Position numbers and translations under genes: made by a program. A stretch of DNA of 64,000 bases from a candidate division WWE3 bacterium (GTDB lineage: Bacteria > Patescibacteriota > WWE3 > UBA101185 > UBA10185): assembly GCA_012798115.1 (NCBI GenBank), contig JAAZNV010000006.1, forward strand, positions 155,971-219,970, given 5' to 3'. Positions 1 to 10,620 of this stretch are shown here, piece after piece. Within the stretch, counting starts at the first letter, position 1; the number at the start of each line of letters is the position of its first letter. The notes beneath the pieces were generated by a model, which had not been told where the DNA came from, did no database searches, and saw only the letters and a program-made list of their open reading frames with translations.

Positions 1-1007
1 AATTTAGCATTATTATTCCCGTTAGAAAAGTAAATGATTTTGTGAAAGAAAGTATTTCTAAGATTAAGGAGTTGGATTATGGAGATTACGAGGTTTTAAT
101 TGTTTTGGACGAGAAGGAAGAAGGTCTGGTTGATGATGATAAGTTTAAATATATTTTTACTGGTTCTTTAGGTCCTGCAGAAAAAAGAAACATTGCAGCA
201 AAAGAGTCAAGCGGGGACATACTTGCGTTTTTAGATGATGATGCTTATCCAAGACATGACTGGCTGTACATTGCTGAAAGAGAATTTGAAGATGAAAGTG
301 TGTATGCCTTGGCTGGTTCTACTTTAACTCCTGAGAACTGTTCTTTTCTGGAGAAAATGGCTGGAAAGGTTCTTGATACCCCATTTGTTAGTGGTTCCAC
401 CCTCTTGAGGTTTAGACCATTAGAAAGAAAGGTTATTGATGACTCTCCAACGGTAAACTTGTTTGTTAGGAAGAATGTCTTTCTTTCTATTGGAGGGTTT
501 ACTGTAAACTTTTGGCCTGGAGAGGATACTAAGTTATGTTTGGACTTGGTTAATAAGTTCAAAAGAGGTTTTCCATACGAACCTGACTTAATTGTTTATC
601 ATCATAGAAGAGAGCTTCTTCTTCCTCATCTTAAACAAATATCAAGATATGGTAGGCATAGGGGTTGGTTTGCTAGAGCATTTCCTGAAACATCTAGATT
701 TTTTCCTTACTTTATTCCATCTTTATTTGTTCTTGGTCTTTTTTTAGGTCCTTTGGTTTGTAATTTTGTCCCGTACCTTTGGAACATATATTTTTCTGTT
801 ATTAGTGTTTACTTGACTGTTATGTTTTTTGAATGTGTAAAAAAAGCTTCTGAAGAAAAAAGTTTACTTGCAGGATGTTATATGTCAGTAGGAATGCTTT
901 TAACCCATGTTGTTTATGGTTTTAATTTTATTATTGGTTACATTAAAAAACCTGAGCTAAAGCTAAGGAAATTTGATGTAAAAACAGGAAACTACATTGG
1001 TGGGTAA
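1..1007 (+). CDS. GT2 family glycosyltransferase with C-terminal membrane helices (5' end outside window)
   Basis: Frame is open from base 3 (FSIIIPVRKV..., a typical GT2 N-terminus). Contains AFLDDD (DxD) and GED motifs and a hydrophobic C-terminus. Confidence 0.9.
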   Translation, partial: FSIIIPVRKVNDFVKESISKIKELDYGDYEVLIVLDEKEEGLVDDDKFKYIFTGSLGPAEKRNIAAKESSGDILAFLDDDAYPRHDWLYIAEREFEDESVYALAGSTLTPENCSFLEKMAGKVLDTPFVSGSTLLRFRPLERKVIDDSPTVNLFVRKNVFLSIGGFTVNFWPGEDTKLCLDLVNKFKRGFPYEPDLIVYHHRRELLLPHLKQISRYGRHRGWFARAFPETSRFFPYFIPSLFVLGLFLGPLVCNFVPYLWNIYFSVISVYLTVMFFECVKKASEEKSLLAGCYMSVGMLLTHVVYGFNFIIGYIKKPELKLRKFDVKTGNYIGG

Positions 1008-1014
1008 AGAAAAG

Positions 1015-2577
1015 ATGGTAAGTAAAAGAAAATTTAAGGTTGCTATTTGTTATCCTCCTGTTGAGAGTAAAAAGGGAGTGCCTTTGTTGTCTCAAAACAG
1101 GCAATTTCAATACTTTAACTATTCAACTTTTGTGTATCCAATGATCCCTGCATATGCTGCAACTATGGCAAAGGATAGTGGTTATAATGTTTTATGGATG
1201 GATGGCATTGCAGAAAAAATGTCTTATGAAAAATGGTTTAGTAACTTAAGAAGAGAAAAACCAAACTTAGTGCTTATTGAAACAAAAACTCCAGTTATTA
1301 AAGCTCATTGGAAGATAGTTAAGGAAATAAAAGATAATATTCCAGAGACTGTTGTTGTGCTTGTTGGGGACCATGTTACATATTTGCCAATAGAATCTTT
1401 AGAAAATTGTCCTGTTGATTATATTCTTACTGGAGGGGATTATGATTTCCTTCTTGTTGATCTTCTTGAGTGTTTAAGTGAAGAAAGTAAAGACACAAAT
1501 AAAGAAACTAATGCAAAAAGAAGGCAACTTCCTGGAGGTATATTTGGAAGGAGAGGTGATAGAAGAGTAAAACTAGGTGAGCTTTCCAAGGAGATGGGAA
1601 ATTACTGGTCTTCGGGTCCATTGGAGTTAAGACATAGCTTAGATAGTCTTCCATTTATTGATAGAGATTTAACTAAATGGCAGCTTTATGCTTTTGAGAA
1701 TGGAAATTATAAATATAAACCAGGGACATATATGTATTCTGGAAGAGATTGTTGGTGGGGAAGATGTACATTTTGTATTTGGGATCAAGTTTTATACCCA
1801 CAAGGAACTTACAGAAGATTTTCCCCTAGGAGATTGTTTGAAGAAGTTAAATATGTGGTTGATAAATATGGAGTTAAGGAAATTTTTGATGATGCTGGAA
1901 CTTTTTTTATTGGAGATTCTTTGAAAGAATTTTGTAATCTAATGATTGACTCTGGTTACAATAAAAAGGTAGTTTTAGGTTGTAACATGAGGATAAATGC
2001 ATTGACAAGAGAGTATTGTGAATTGATGAAAAAAGCTAATTTTAGATTTATTCTTTATGGTTTGGAGTCTGCCAATCAAGAAACTTTAGATAAATTAGAA
2101 AAAGGGTTAAAAGTGAAGGAAGTAGAATCTTACTTAAAGACTGCAAAAGAATGTGGCCTTGAGCCTCATATCACAGTTATGCTTGGCTATCCTTGGGAAA
2201 CAGAAGAAATGACGTTAAAGACAATTTCTTTTTCTAAAGAATTGTTTAAGAAAGGTTATGTGGATACAATGCAAGCTACTATTGTTATTCCTTATCCTGG
2301 TTCTAAACTTTATAACCAATGCAAAGAAAATGATTGGTTTGAAGTAGATCCAAGAGATTATGAGGCATTTGATATGAGAGGTCCTGTAATGAAAGTTCCT
2401 TTTTCTAAGGAGAAACTTATGCAACTGACTCGAGAGCTTTATTCATCTTTTTTAACTCCTCAATATATTTTTAGAAGATTAGTAAGTATAAGGAGCATGA
2501 ATGACATTAGGTTTTTAGTTTATTCAGTTAAAAAGTTGATAGGACACTTGCTTGATTTTGATAAGGATCAGATTTAG
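1015..2577 (+). CDS. Cobalamin-binding-domain radical SAM protein (class B methyltransferase-like)
   Basis: N-terminal B12-binding-like domain (VGDHVT, GGDYD), CWWGRCTFC (CX4CX2C) cluster motif, GLESANQ, MLGYPWET, PYPGSKL. ATG at 1015 preferred over the upstream TTG. Confidence 0.88.
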   Translation: MVSKRKFKVAICYPPVESKKGVPLLSQNRQFQYFNYSTFVYPMIPAYAATMAKDSGYNVLWMDGIAEKMSYEKWFSNLRREKPNLVLIETKTPVIKAHWKIVKEIKDNIPETVVVLVGDHVTYLPIESLENCPVDYILTGGDYDFLLVDLLECLSEESKDTNKETNAKRRQLPGGIFGRRGDRRVKLGELSKEMGNYWSSGPLELRHSLDSLPFIDRDLTKWQLYAFENGNYKYKPGTYMYSGRDCWWGRCTFCIWDQVLYPQGTYRRFSPRRLFEEVKYVVDKYGVKEIFDDAGTFFIGDSLKEFCNLMIDSGYNKKVVLGCNMRINALTREYCELMKKANFRFILYGLESANQETLDKLEKGLKVKEVESYLKTAKECGLEPHITVMLGYPWETEEMTLKTISFSKELFKKGYVDTMQATIVIPYPGSKLYNQCKENDWFEVDPRDYEAFDMRGPVMKVPFSKEKLMQLTRELYSSFLTPQYIFRRLVSIRSMNDIRFLVYSVKKLIGHLLDFDKDQI

Positions 2578-2588
2578 TTTAAAACTAT

Positions 2589-3746
2589 ATGAAAATAGCA
2601 GTACTTCATAGATATCCCCCAAGACAAGTAATAGGAACAAATGCTTCTTTCATTGATTTCTTAAGGATTTTAAGTGAAAGAAATCATGAGGTTTTTTACC
2701 TTACCTACAAGGATAAAGGAGATTTACCTGCGTTTATGAACTTAAAGTATGTGTTTCTTCCGTTTACTTTTAATAGGGGTAATAATCTTGATAAGGTAAT
2801 AAAGACATACTTATGGATCTTTCTTATTCCAATAGTTGTATTCTTTAAGAATAAAAAGGAAAAATTTGATGTCATTTATTGTGATGATTCTGTTCCTTAC
2901 TTTGCTTTTTTAACTAAAGTTTTAAATCCAAAGACTAAGGTAGTTATAAGATTGGGGGATTTGCAAAGCAGCTATGCACTTGCTGATAAGAGTAAGAAAC
3001 TTTTTGGATTTGTTTTGAATATTGAAACTTTAATGTGGAAAAGGATGGATGGACTGGTGGCAATAAGCAATTCATTTAAGAAGTTCCTCCTTGAAAGAGG
3101 TTTAGAAGAGAAAAAAATTAGTGTAGTAGAAGAAAGTGTTAACTTAAGCAATGATGTTTATACTGAAGGGATAGAAAGAAATAAGCAAGAAGTTGTGTTC
3201 ATGTTTCATGGTGCTTTAGTTAAGTGTAAAGGTACAAATGTATTACTTGATGCTTTTTCAATATTGAACAAGAAATATCCTAATACAAAGTTAATTATTG
3301 CTGGGGGAGGAAATGAAGAAAAAGCACTTAGAAACCAAGCTAAACTTTTAAAATTGAAGAATATTGAGTTTATTGGATGGTATGATCATGCAAAACTTGA
3401 GGAAATAGTGAGAAGAGTTGATATTAGTATTGCTATGAGAAGCCCTAATATGGCTAATAATTTTGTTGTTACCACATGCCTTTTAGAAAATTGGAAGTAT
3501 AAAAAACCTGTAATTGTCCCTGATCTTGACTCTTTTAAAGAAGTTATTAAAGATGGAATAAATGGGATATTTTTTAAGGTTGGAGATAGCAATGACTTGT
3601 TTAAAAAGATGGAGTATTTACTGAATAAAAAAGATGTATGGAATACTTTAGGAGAAAATGGATTTAAAACTAGCAAGGATATTTTTGATTGCAAAAAAAT
3701 AGCGTTTAAGATGGTTTGTGCCTTAGAAGAATATGCAAGACAGTAA
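2589..3746 (+). CDS. GT4 family glycosyltransferase
   Basis: GT-B pattern: MKIAVL start, HGALVKCKG, LLENW..KPVI, DGINGIF. Confidence 0.88.
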   Translation: MKIAVLHRYPPRQVIGTNASFIDFLRILSERNHEVFYLTYKDKGDLPAFMNLKYVFLPFTFNRGNNLDKVIKTYLWIFLIPIVVFFKNKKEKFDVIYCDDSVPYFAFLTKVLNPKTKVVIRLGDLQSSYALADKSKKLFGFVLNIETLMWKRMDGLVAISNSFKKFLLERGLEEKKISVVEESVNLSNDVYTEGIERNKQEVVFMFHGALVKCKGTNVLLDAFSILNKKYPNTKLIIAGGGNEEKALRNQAKLLKLKNIEFIGWYDHAKLEEIVRRVDISIAMRSPNMANNFVVTTCLLENWKYKKPVIVPDLDSFKEVIKDGINGIFFKVGDSNDLFKKMEYLLNKKDVWNTLGENGFKTSKDIFDCKKIAFKMVCALEEYARQ

Positions 3747-4710
3747 ATCTAAATTTACAATTGTCATAAACACGTATCCTAATAAGACAAGAAATGAAGA
3801 TTTAACTAAGTGTTTGGATTCTGTGCTTAAACAAACCTTTAAGGATTTCACTATTATTATTGTTGAAAATAATTCAAGTCTTAATGAAATTGTGTTGTTG
3901 CTTAAAAAATATTTTGATTATAGAAATATTATTAAAGTTATAAACAACCCTATTAAAAATCTTCCAACCCTTTTTAATTTAGGGTGGATGTATTCTAGTT
4001 CAGAGTATCTTGTATATATTGCAGATGATGTAGAGATAGAACCTAGTTGGTTGGAAAGTGTTAATAAGGAGCTTAGTAACAGCGATGATGTTGGGGTTGT
4101 TACAGGACCAATTATTTCTGCTTGTTTTCCTGCTGGAGAAATGCATAGACTTTACCTTTTAAGTCAAAGAAATGTTGTAGGTAGAATACTTTCTTGGCCT
4201 TATCTTCATTTTTCTATGGAAGATAAAGTCTTGAAACCTGGAGCATTGTTTGAAAGTGGAGCATATAGTATTGGATCAAGCCTTGAAATATCTAAAGGTT
4301 ATCCTAGACAAGAAATTGATTTGGCTACAACGTCAAGTATGGGCATAAAAAGAAAGGTCTTAAATGAAGTTAATGGTTTTAATACCGTCTTTAATTTTAA
4401 TCATGCTGATGGAGATCTTTTTATTAGGATTAAGAAAGCTGGATATAAAATAATATTTAATCCAAACGTAGTTTCTCATCATAATGTTAGACTTGGACCA
4501 TCAAGAAACGCTTATTTTATTGGAGTTGATACAGGAATTTTTTATAGAAAACATGTGAGACCTAAATCTTTTAAGGGGATTATTGGAGTGTTCCTTAATC
4601 TTTTGGTTTTTAAGCTTTATTGGATATACAATGCATTTAAAACTAAAGATATTAAGCAATTAAGAGGAATATCTGGATTTATAGAAGGTTACTTTGAGAA
4701 AGAAGATTAA
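3733..4710 (+). CDS. GT2 family glycosyltransferase
   Basis: TIVINTY, IIIVEN, YIADDV (DxD-like), GFN...DGDLFIR. Confidence 0.85.
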   Translation: MQDSKSKFTIVINTYPNKTRNEDLTKCLDSVLKQTFKDFTIIIVENNSSLNEIVLLLKKYFDYRNIIKVINNPIKNLPTLFNLGWMYSSSEYLVYIADDVEIEPSWLESVNKELSNSDDVGVVTGPIISACFPAGEMHRLYLLSQRNVVGRILSWPYLHFSMEDKVLKPGALFESGAYSIGSSLEISKGYPRQEIDLATTSSMGIKRKVLNEVNGFNTVFNFNHADGDLFIRIKKAGYKIIFNPNVVSHHNVRLGPSRNAYFIGVDTGIFYRKHVRPKSFKGIIGVFLNLLVFKLYWIYNAFKTKDIKQLRGISGFIEGYFEKED

Positions 4711-4712
4711 GT

Positions 4713-5891
4713 ATGAAGAAGCTTTATGTAGTTTTTAATTCACAAGTTGATAATAACAGCATGGGAGGAGGAGATAAGATAGTAATGAACATATCAAAGG
4801 TATTAGGAGAAAAGAAGTTATATGATTTAAAGTATATTGGATGCCCTGAAGGTTATGAAATGGTTTCAAAGAACATTAAAAATGTAAGTTTTTCTTATTT
4901 GAATAAGTTTAAAGTTAAATCCTTAGGCTTACTTGGAGCTTATTTTTTAAGAATCTTATTTTCTTTTAATATTTTTAAATTAAGGATAAAGAATGAAGAT
5001 GTTGGTTTAAAAGATACTGTATTGTGGTCTTCATCAGACTTTCTTCCGGATACGTTTCCTTGTTTTTTATATAAATTGTTTAACCCAAGTGTTAGATGGG
5101 TTGGCAGTATGTTCTTAAGGTTAAGAAATCCCTTCAAGAAAGAAATTAAATTTAATTACAAGACTTTCTTTTCTTTTGTTTCTCAACAAGTTTCCATTTT
5201 CTTTTTTAAGATGTGTTGCGACCACATATGTGTTTTGTGTAAAGATGATGTTAATTATTTAATAAGGAAAGGAATACCTAAAAGCAGAATTTTTATTACC
5301 TCAGGTGGGGTGAATATTAAAGAATTTAATGAAGTCTCCATAAGTGAAAAGAAATATGATGCTTGCTTTGTTGGTAGATTTCACACCCAAAAAGGTATTG
5401 ATGATTTGATTTACGTTTGGAAAAAGATAGTTGAAGAAGGTAAGAATAAAGGAACGAAAAGGAAGTTAGCTGTTGTTGGATGGGGGGATGAAAAGCAAGT
5501 TAAAACTTTAAATGATTTGATTGAAAATAATGGTATAGGAGAATATGTTGATATGAAGGGATTCTTGGATGGCAAAGATAAGATAAGTGTTATTAAATCT
5601 AGTGGAGTTTTATTGTTTCCAAGTAGTTTTGAAAGCTGGGGAGTAGTTGTAGCAGAAGGAATAGCATCAAAAGTTCCTGTTGTTTCTTATAGACTTCCCA
5701 CTATTTATGAAAATTTCAAGTTTGGAGTAGTGTGGGTTGATCCTTTCGATAAGGAAAAGTATTTTAGTGAAGTTGAAAAATTATTGACTGATGAAGATTA
5801 TAGAAATGGCATTATTAATGAAGCTAAAGATTTTGTTAATGAACTTGATTGGGAGAATGTTGGTATTAAGTTTAGTAAACATATTATCTAA
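4713..5891 (+). CDS. GT4 family glycosyltransferase
   Basis: GGGDK, VGRFHTQKG, FPSSFESWGVVVAEG (EX7E). Confidence 0.9.
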   Translation: MKKLYVVFNSQVDNNSMGGGDKIVMNISKVLGEKKLYDLKYIGCPEGYEMVSKNIKNVSFSYLNKFKVKSLGLLGAYFLRILFSFNIFKLRIKNEDVGLKDTVLWSSSDFLPDTFPCFLYKLFNPSVRWVGSMFLRLRNPFKKEIKFNYKTFFSFVSQQVSIFFFKMCCDHICVLCKDDVNYLIRKGIPKSRIFITSGGVNIKEFNEVSISEKKYDACFVGRFHTQKGIDDLIYVWKKIVEEGKNKGTKRKLAVVGWGDEKQVKTLNDLIENNGIGEYVDMKGFLDGKDKISVIKSSGVLLFPSSFESWGVVVAEGIASKVPVVSYRLPTIYENFKFGVVWVDPFDKEKYFSEVEKLLTDEDYRNGIINEAKDFVNELDWENVGIKFSKHII

Positions 5892-7171
5892 TGAATATCC
5901 TTTTTATTAACAGATGGGTGGGCTATAACGAAGGTGGCAACGAAACACATATTAAAGATCTTATGTATCAGTTTTCAAAGAAAGGTCATATCATTACTGT
6001 TATTACTACTCAAGGAGATTCTTTAGATTATCTTAAAGATAAGATAAATATTGAATATGTCAGTGGTATTCATGGTTACTATTCTTATAGATTCTTAGGT
6101 TTTTTATATGCTTTTGTATTTAATCTAAAATGCTTTGTTAAATTTATTGAATTAAATAAAAAGTTAAGAAGAAAAGGAGAAAGATTTGATGTTTTATCTG
6201 TTCATTTTTCTTTAGAAGCCTTTCTAGCTAGGTTTATTAAGCTTTTCTTTGGAGTTCCATATGTTTTAGTTCTTGCTGGAGATACTTTGTTTGAGCTTAT
6301 TGAAGGAAAAAGAGCTGATGGAAAGGTAGCTATTTCTAATTTTATGAATGATCAGTGTAAGAAGTATGGTTATAGTGCAGAAATTATCCCAAAAGGTATA
6401 GATTTAAGCAGGTTTAATCCAAACGTTGATTGCAAAGATTTGTTTGATGAGAATAAGTTAAGTGGGAAGGTCCTTATTTTAACTGTTTGCAGGTTGGATC
6501 CTAGGAAGGATTTAATTACTCTTGTTGAGTGTGCCAATGAAATAATAAATAAGAAGAAAAGAAGAGATTTTATGTTTTTGATTATTGGCGAAGGTGTGGA
6601 AAGGAGAAGATTGGAAGAAAAAATAGAAAATTATGGTTTAAAAGATAATGTTAAGTTAATAGGGAAAGTGTTGAATTCAAGTAATGAACTACCAAAATAT
6701 TATGTAATGTCTAACTTGTTTGTGCTTCCTACTTTGTATGAAGGATTTGGGTGGGTTTATATTGAAGCTATGGCTTCTGGTCTTCCTATTGTAACCACAA
6801 AAGTAGGGTCAAACGAAGAAGTAGTAGGTGATATAGGTGTTCTTATCAAGCCAAGAGACCATGTTTTGCTGGCTGATACTGTTTTAAAGATACTAGATGA
6901 TAAAGAAAATATTGAGAAGATGAGGAAGAGTGGGTTAGAGAAGGTAAAAGCATACTCTTGGGATAACATTATGTTTAATTATGAGGGTTATTACTTAAGT
7001 GTAAGTAGTAAAAAGTGTGATAGCTTAAGTTGTAAATTGTTTGTTTTGTTGAGTATTTTTACGGATATAATATTTGTTGCTTTAAAGTCCTTTGTTAATT
7101 TGTTTATATCAAGAAAAAGAAGATATGTTGGTAGCTGGAGTGGTGTTGGACAAGAGGGGATGAATAAGTAA
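5891..7171 (+). CDS. GT4 family glycosyltransferase with hydrophobic C-terminal extension
   Basis: GGNE, CRLDPRKD, LPTLYEGFGWVYIEAMASGLP. Confidence 0.9.
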   Translation: MNILFINRWVGYNEGGNETHIKDLMYQFSKKGHIITVITTQGDSLDYLKDKINIEYVSGIHGYYSYRFLGFLYAFVFNLKCFVKFIELNKKLRRKGERFDVLSVHFSLEAFLARFIKLFFGVPYVLVLAGDTLFELIEGKRADGKVAISNFMNDQCKKYGYSAEIIPKGIDLSRFNPNVDCKDLFDENKLSGKVLILTVCRLDPRKDLITLVECANEIINKKKRRDFMFLIIGEGVERRRLEEKIENYGLKDNVKLIGKVLNSSNELPKYYVMSNLFVLPTLYEGFGWVYIEAMASGLPIVTTKVGSNEEVVGDIGVLIKPRDHVLLADTVLKILDDKENIEKMRKSGLEKVKAYSWDNIMFNYEGYYLSVSSKKCDSLSCKLFVLLSIFTDIIFVALKSFVNLFISRKRRYVGSWSGVGQEGMNK

Positions 7172-7220
7172 GCTATTTCCTTTATAATGTACGTGAAAGT
7201 TGCTGCTGACTTTTTCTAAA

Positions 7221-8096
7221 ATGAATAAGAAAATAAATAATTTTAGTGAGAATAAACCTTTGGTGTCTGTAATAATGCCTGCTTATAATGCTGAGAAGTA
7301 TATTTCAGAAGCCATTGAGAGTATTTTGAATCAAACTTTCAAAGACTTTGAATTCATTATCTTAGATGATGGCTCTGCTGATATAACTTGGGAGGTTATC
7401 AACTCGTATGCATTAAAAGATTCAAGGATCATATCAGTTAAGAATGAATCCAATTTGGGCATTGTCGCTAGTAGGAATAAGGGTCTAAAAATATCTAGGG
7501 GTAAGTACATAATTTGGGCAGATTCAGATGACATATCTCTCCCTACGAGAATAGAGAAGCAAGTTGGTTTAATGGAGAAGGATGTGAGCATTGGTATTTG
7601 TGGTTCCTACATCCAAAGCTTCTATAACGGTATAAATAAAGGTATAAGGAAGTACTCAACCAGTGATGAACATTTGAGAAAGAACATTTTTAGATACTCT
7701 CCTGTTGCCCAACCAGCAGCAATAATCAGAAAGGAATGCTTTGAAAAGGTTGGTATATATAATACTAAATATGAGGTTTCTCAGGATCTTGATATGTCTT
7801 TTAGAATCGGGGAAAAGTATAAATTTGCTAATGTTCCAGAAGTTCTTTTGAGGTATAGAGAGCATTCGAAGTCAGCGACTTACTCTAATGTTAGAAAGCA
7901 AATAATTAACACTCTGAAAATAAGGAGGAAGTATTCTAAAGGCTATTGTTACAAGATGAACCTTCTTGATAGACTAGCTTATATTTTAACTTGGACAATG
8001 CAGTTCTTACCGGTTGTTTTAGTCTTGCGTCTTTTTAAATTCTTTAGGGATGTAGATAGATTTCTAACTTTGCCTAGTGATAAATCTAATCAATAA
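7221..8096 (+). CDS. GT2 family glycosyltransferase
   Basis: VSVIMPAYNAEKYI, DDGS, ADSDD. ATG at 7221. Confidence 0.92.
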   Translation: MNKKINNFSENKPLVSVIMPAYNAEKYISEAIESILNQTFKDFEFIILDDGSADITWEVINSYALKDSRIISVKNESNLGIVASRNKGLKISRGKYIIWADSDDISLPTRIEKQVGLMEKDVSIGICGSYIQSFYNGINKGIRKYSTSDEHLRKNIFRYSPVAQPAAIIRKECFEKVGIYNTKYEVSQDLDMSFRIGEKYKFANVPEVLLRYREHSKSATYSNVRKQIINTLKIRRKYSKGYCYKMNLLDRLAYILTWTMQFLPVVLVLRLFKFFRDVDRFLTLPSDKSNQ

Positions 8097-8106
8097 TTAT
8101 GCGTAT

Positions 8107-8769
8107 ATGAATGAAAAAGATAATCTAGATAGAATTATTGATTTTGTTTTGAGCGATGATACCGTTGATTATGGATACTATGGTAGCAAGGCTCTTCTTC
8201 CTAAGAGATTTCTGTGGTGGAAGAGGCTGGAGATTGCCCGTGATATTTACGAGAAATATGAGAAAGGTATAGGGAAGAATAGCTTGTTGGATTTTGGATG
8301 TCAATTTGGATTTTTTTCTGTTTTTCTCTCTAAGGAATTTAAAAACGTATATTTAATCGAGACAGCTCAGGAATATTTAGATCTGGGAGTTTACATGCAT
8401 AGTAAGCTTGGTAATGGTAACTACAAAGCAATTATTAATTCTAAGGACAATCCCTCAGAATTTATAGGTAAAATAAGTGAAAAGGTGGATCTATTTTTGT
8501 TCTTTGACGTTTTAGAGCACGTGAGGGATGTGAACCAAATGCTATTGAATTTGAGAAGGATCTCTAAGTCTAACACTTATCTAATAATATCTCTACCAAC
8601 TGAGAATTTAATTTATTTGTTGTTGACTATGTTTAGAAAAGAAAAGGGGCATATCAATAGATACTTTGTAGTTGAGAAAGCACTGAGGGAAAGTGGCTAT
8701 AAACTAGTAGAAAAAAGAAGTCTGTTTATGCTCTTTAATATTTATTTATATAGATGTGGCGAGAATTGA
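8107..8769 (+). CDS. Class I SAM-dependent methyltransferase
   Basis: LLDFGCQFG motif I, FFDVLEH, IISLP. Confidence 0.85.
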   Translation: MNEKDNLDRIIDFVLSDDTVDYGYYGSKALLPKRFLWWKRLEIARDIYEKYEKGIGKNSLLDFGCQFGFFSVFLSKEFKNVYLIETAQEYLDLGVYMHSKLGNGNYKAIINSKDNPSEFIGKISEKVDLFLFFDVLEHVRDVNQMLLNLRRISKSNTYLIISLPTENLIYLLLTMFRKEKGHINRYFVVEKALRESGYKLVEKRSLFMLFNIYLYRCGEN

Positions 8770-9907
8770 TAATAAAATGAGTAACGTAATTGTAATTTCA
8801 CATAAGTCTAACACTCAGCCAGATGATGATCTTGTTTTATACCTAAAAGGCAAAAAAGAAAAGAATGTAATGCACATTACTCATGCTTTTTCTGATTCTC
8901 CTAATAGAGTAAGTACTTGTGTTTGGTATAAAGATGGTACTTCTCATAAAGTATGGAAGTCTGGAGATTATGAAGGCTACCCCGAAGCGACCATTTATCT
9001 TAAAGAGATAATTTTTACCCTCAAGTGTATTTTAAGATCTAAAATTTACTGGGATACATGCGTTTGCATGGACGGTTTATGTGCTTTGTATGGGATGTTA
9101 GGGAGAATTTTTATGCGAGTTAAAAGGATAGTCTATTGGGCAATAGATTTTGTTCCTAGTGGTAGGTTTAAATCAAAGACTAAAAATTTTATATATAAAT
9201 CTATTAATGTACTTGGTTACAAGAAAGCAGATGAGATGTGGGATTTATCCCCAAGAATGGTAGAAGCAAGAAAAAAGTTTCTTGGAATAAAATTGGAAGA
9301 CTACAAGAAACATAAAGTAGTTCCTTATGGGGTGTGGATAGAAAGAATTAAAAAGTATCCCTATGAAGAATGTGAAAAAAATACGTTAGTATTTATGGGT
9401 CATTTAATTGAGAAACAAGGAGTACAACTTGTTCTACAAGCTGTTCCCCAAATTGTTAAAAGAAATCCGAATTTTAAATTTAAGGTAATAGGAAAGGGTA
9501 GGTATAAAGATAGACTTAAACAAATGGTTAGTGATTTGAGAATTGAAAGATATGTTAATTTCATGGAAATAGAAGAAGATACTGTACTTGAAGAAGAGAT
9601 TGCTAAATCATGTGTTGCTATTGCCCCCTACATTAAAAATCTTGATACATGGACCTATTACGCTGATCCTGGCAAGGTAAAGAAGTACTTGGGGTGTGGG
9701 GTTCCAGTTTTGTTGACAGATATTCCATGGAATGCTAGAGAGATAGAAGAAGAAGGGTGCGGTAAAATCATATCCGAAGATCTAAATGTTATCGTTGATA
9801 GTGTGTTAGGTTTGATGGATGGTGATGTAAATCAAAGGTTTAGAGATTCGTCTAATAAGTATGCGAAAAGCTTTGATTATCAGAAAATATTTAGTGAGTT
9901 GATATAA
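8756..9907 (+). CDS. GT4-like (GT-B) glycosyltransferase
   Basis: FMGHLIEKQG, PGKVKKYLGCGVPV. Start may be ATG 8777. Confidence 0.85.
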   Translation: MARIDNKMSNVIVISHKSNTQPDDDLVLYLKGKKEKNVMHITHAFSDSPNRVSTCVWYKDGTSHKVWKSGDYEGYPEATIYLKEIIFTLKCILRSKIYWDTCVCMDGLCALYGMLGRIFMRVKRIVYWAIDFVPSGRFKSKTKNFIYKSINVLGYKKADEMWDLSPRMVEARKKFLGIKLEDYKKHKVVPYGVWIERIKKYPYEECEKNTLVFMGHLIEKQGVQLVLQAVPQIVKRNPNFKFKVIGKGRYKDRLKQMVSDLRIERYVNFMEIEEDTVLEEEIAKSCVAIAPYIKNLDTWTYYADPGKVKKYLGCGVPVLLTDIPWNAREIEEEGCGKIISEDLNVIVDSVLGLMDGDVNQRFRDSSNKYAKSFDYQKIFSELI

Positions 9908-10620
9908 TGTTTAAAAATATAAAGACACACCTTTTTAAAAAGATACTAAGTGCTCAGGAAGAAAATAGAAAGAATATATTAAGAATGCTTCCTAGTGAGT
10001 TTAATGAAGAAACTAAAATTTTAGATCTTGGTTGTGATGACGGCTCTTGGACTTTGAGTTTAAGTAAAAATTCTCCTAAGGTCTTGTTATTTGGAGTTGA
10101 GGTTGTAGAAGAAAGGAAGAAAATTGCGGTTAATAAAGGAATAAATGTTAAGAGTTTCGATTTAAACAAGTCTTTCTATTTTGAAGATAATACCTTTGAC
10201 ATAGTTCATAGCAATCAAGTTATAGAACACCTGCACGATACAGATAACTTTGTATCAGAAGTTTATAGGGTTTTGAAGCCAGGTGAAATTTTTATAGTCT
10301 CAACGGTAAATTTATCGAGTTGGCATAACATATTTTCTTTGTTGTTGGGTTATCAGCCATTTGACTTGTCAAACATTAGTACGAAAGGCAATATTGGTAA
10401 TCCATTTTCTCTTTGGAACAATGCTGAATCTGAAAACTCCAAGCATAAATCATGGCAACATATGAGGATTTTTACTGTCTACTCCTTGATAGATTTACTC
10501 AAAAAACACGGCTTCACTGTTTTGAATGTTCTAACTTCTGGTTATTACCCACTTCCAAATTTTTTCTCCAAGCTTGATAAAAAACATTCTCATTATTTTG
10601 TTATTAAGGCACAAAAATGA
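9907..10620 (+). CDS. Class I SAM-dependent methyltransferase (Methyltransf_11-like)
   Basis: ILDLGCDDG, FDIVHSNQVIEH, RVLKPG. Confidence 0.9.
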   Translation: MFKNIKTHLFKKILSAQEENRKNILRMLPSEFNEETKILDLGCDDGSWTLSLSKNSPKVLLFGVEVVEERKKIAVNKGINVKSFDLNKSFYFEDNTFDIVHSNQVIEHLHDTDNFVSEVYRVLKPGEIFIVSTVNLSSWHNIFSLLLGYQPFDLSNISTKGNIGNPFSLWNNAESENSKHKSWQHMRIFTVYSLIDLLKKHGFTVLNVLTSGYYPLPNFFSKLDKKHSHYFVIKAQK